Shown: positions 63,844-64,000 of the stretch, piece after piece | Numbering within the stretch: the stretch's first letter is position 1 | Layout of the letters: each line of letters begins with the position of its first letter | NCBI RefSeq assembly: GCF_001194135.2 | Contig: NC_068999.1 | Span: 52,171,590-52,235,589, forward strand | DNA from: Octopus bimaculoides | Taxonomy: Eukaryota | Reading direction: 5' to 3' | DNA: 64,000 bases | Translations under genes and position numbers: made by a program | Notes under the pieces: generated by a model | Database searches by the model: none | What the model saw: the letters and a program-made list of their open reading frames with translations, nothing else | What the model was told of the DNA's origin: nothing

Positions 63844-64000
63844 GTGGTGAGCTGGCAGAATCGTCAGCATGCCGGACACATTCCGAGTTCAAATTTCGCC
63901 AAGGTTGACTTCGCCTTTTATCTTTTCGGGCTTCATAAATTAAGTACCAGTGAAACACTGGGGTCAATGTAATCAACTAATCCCCTCCCCCAAAACTTCA
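63806..64000 (+). mobile_element. (TTG)n followed by a SINE family A copy running off the window
   Basis: GGTGGTGAGCTGGCAGAATCGTCAGC head at about 63843. Confidence 0.88.

Overview
AT-rich eukaryotic draft-scaffold DNA with 8 N-gaps. The SINE/MITE families and dense (TA)n/(CA)n microsatellites point to an octopus (coleoid cephalopod); this is inferred from repeat patterns, not a database search. The main feature is a plus-strand gene I cannot assign to a family. Its splice-phase-consistent coding exons are 29297-29323 (tentative), 34254-34550, a giant 4,542-nt exon at 41856-46397, 49752-49818, 51208-51458 and 54775-54801 (about 1,736 aa). The protein is mostly low-complexity, with a Cys-rich 12-aa repeat, an Asn/Asp/Thr/Val 8-aa repeat, adjacent PxVxL and SIM-like motifs, a basic NLS-like patch and two folded-looking C-terminal islands. 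A likely promoter lies near 20.1 kb. A chain of small minus-strand candidate exons (4.6-15.6 kb) suggests a divergent gene, and a 199-codon minus-strand open frame at 62.1-62.7 kb may belong to a convergent gene. The rest is transposon debris: at least 4 decayed mariner fragments, TTAA (piggyBac-like) MITEs, hAT-Charlie MITEs, several hairpin or long-TIR elements and three tRNA-derived SINE families. CpG appears retained at about 5.5-23 kb and depleted across the plus-strand gene body. No rRNA, true tRNA or CRISPR features were found.
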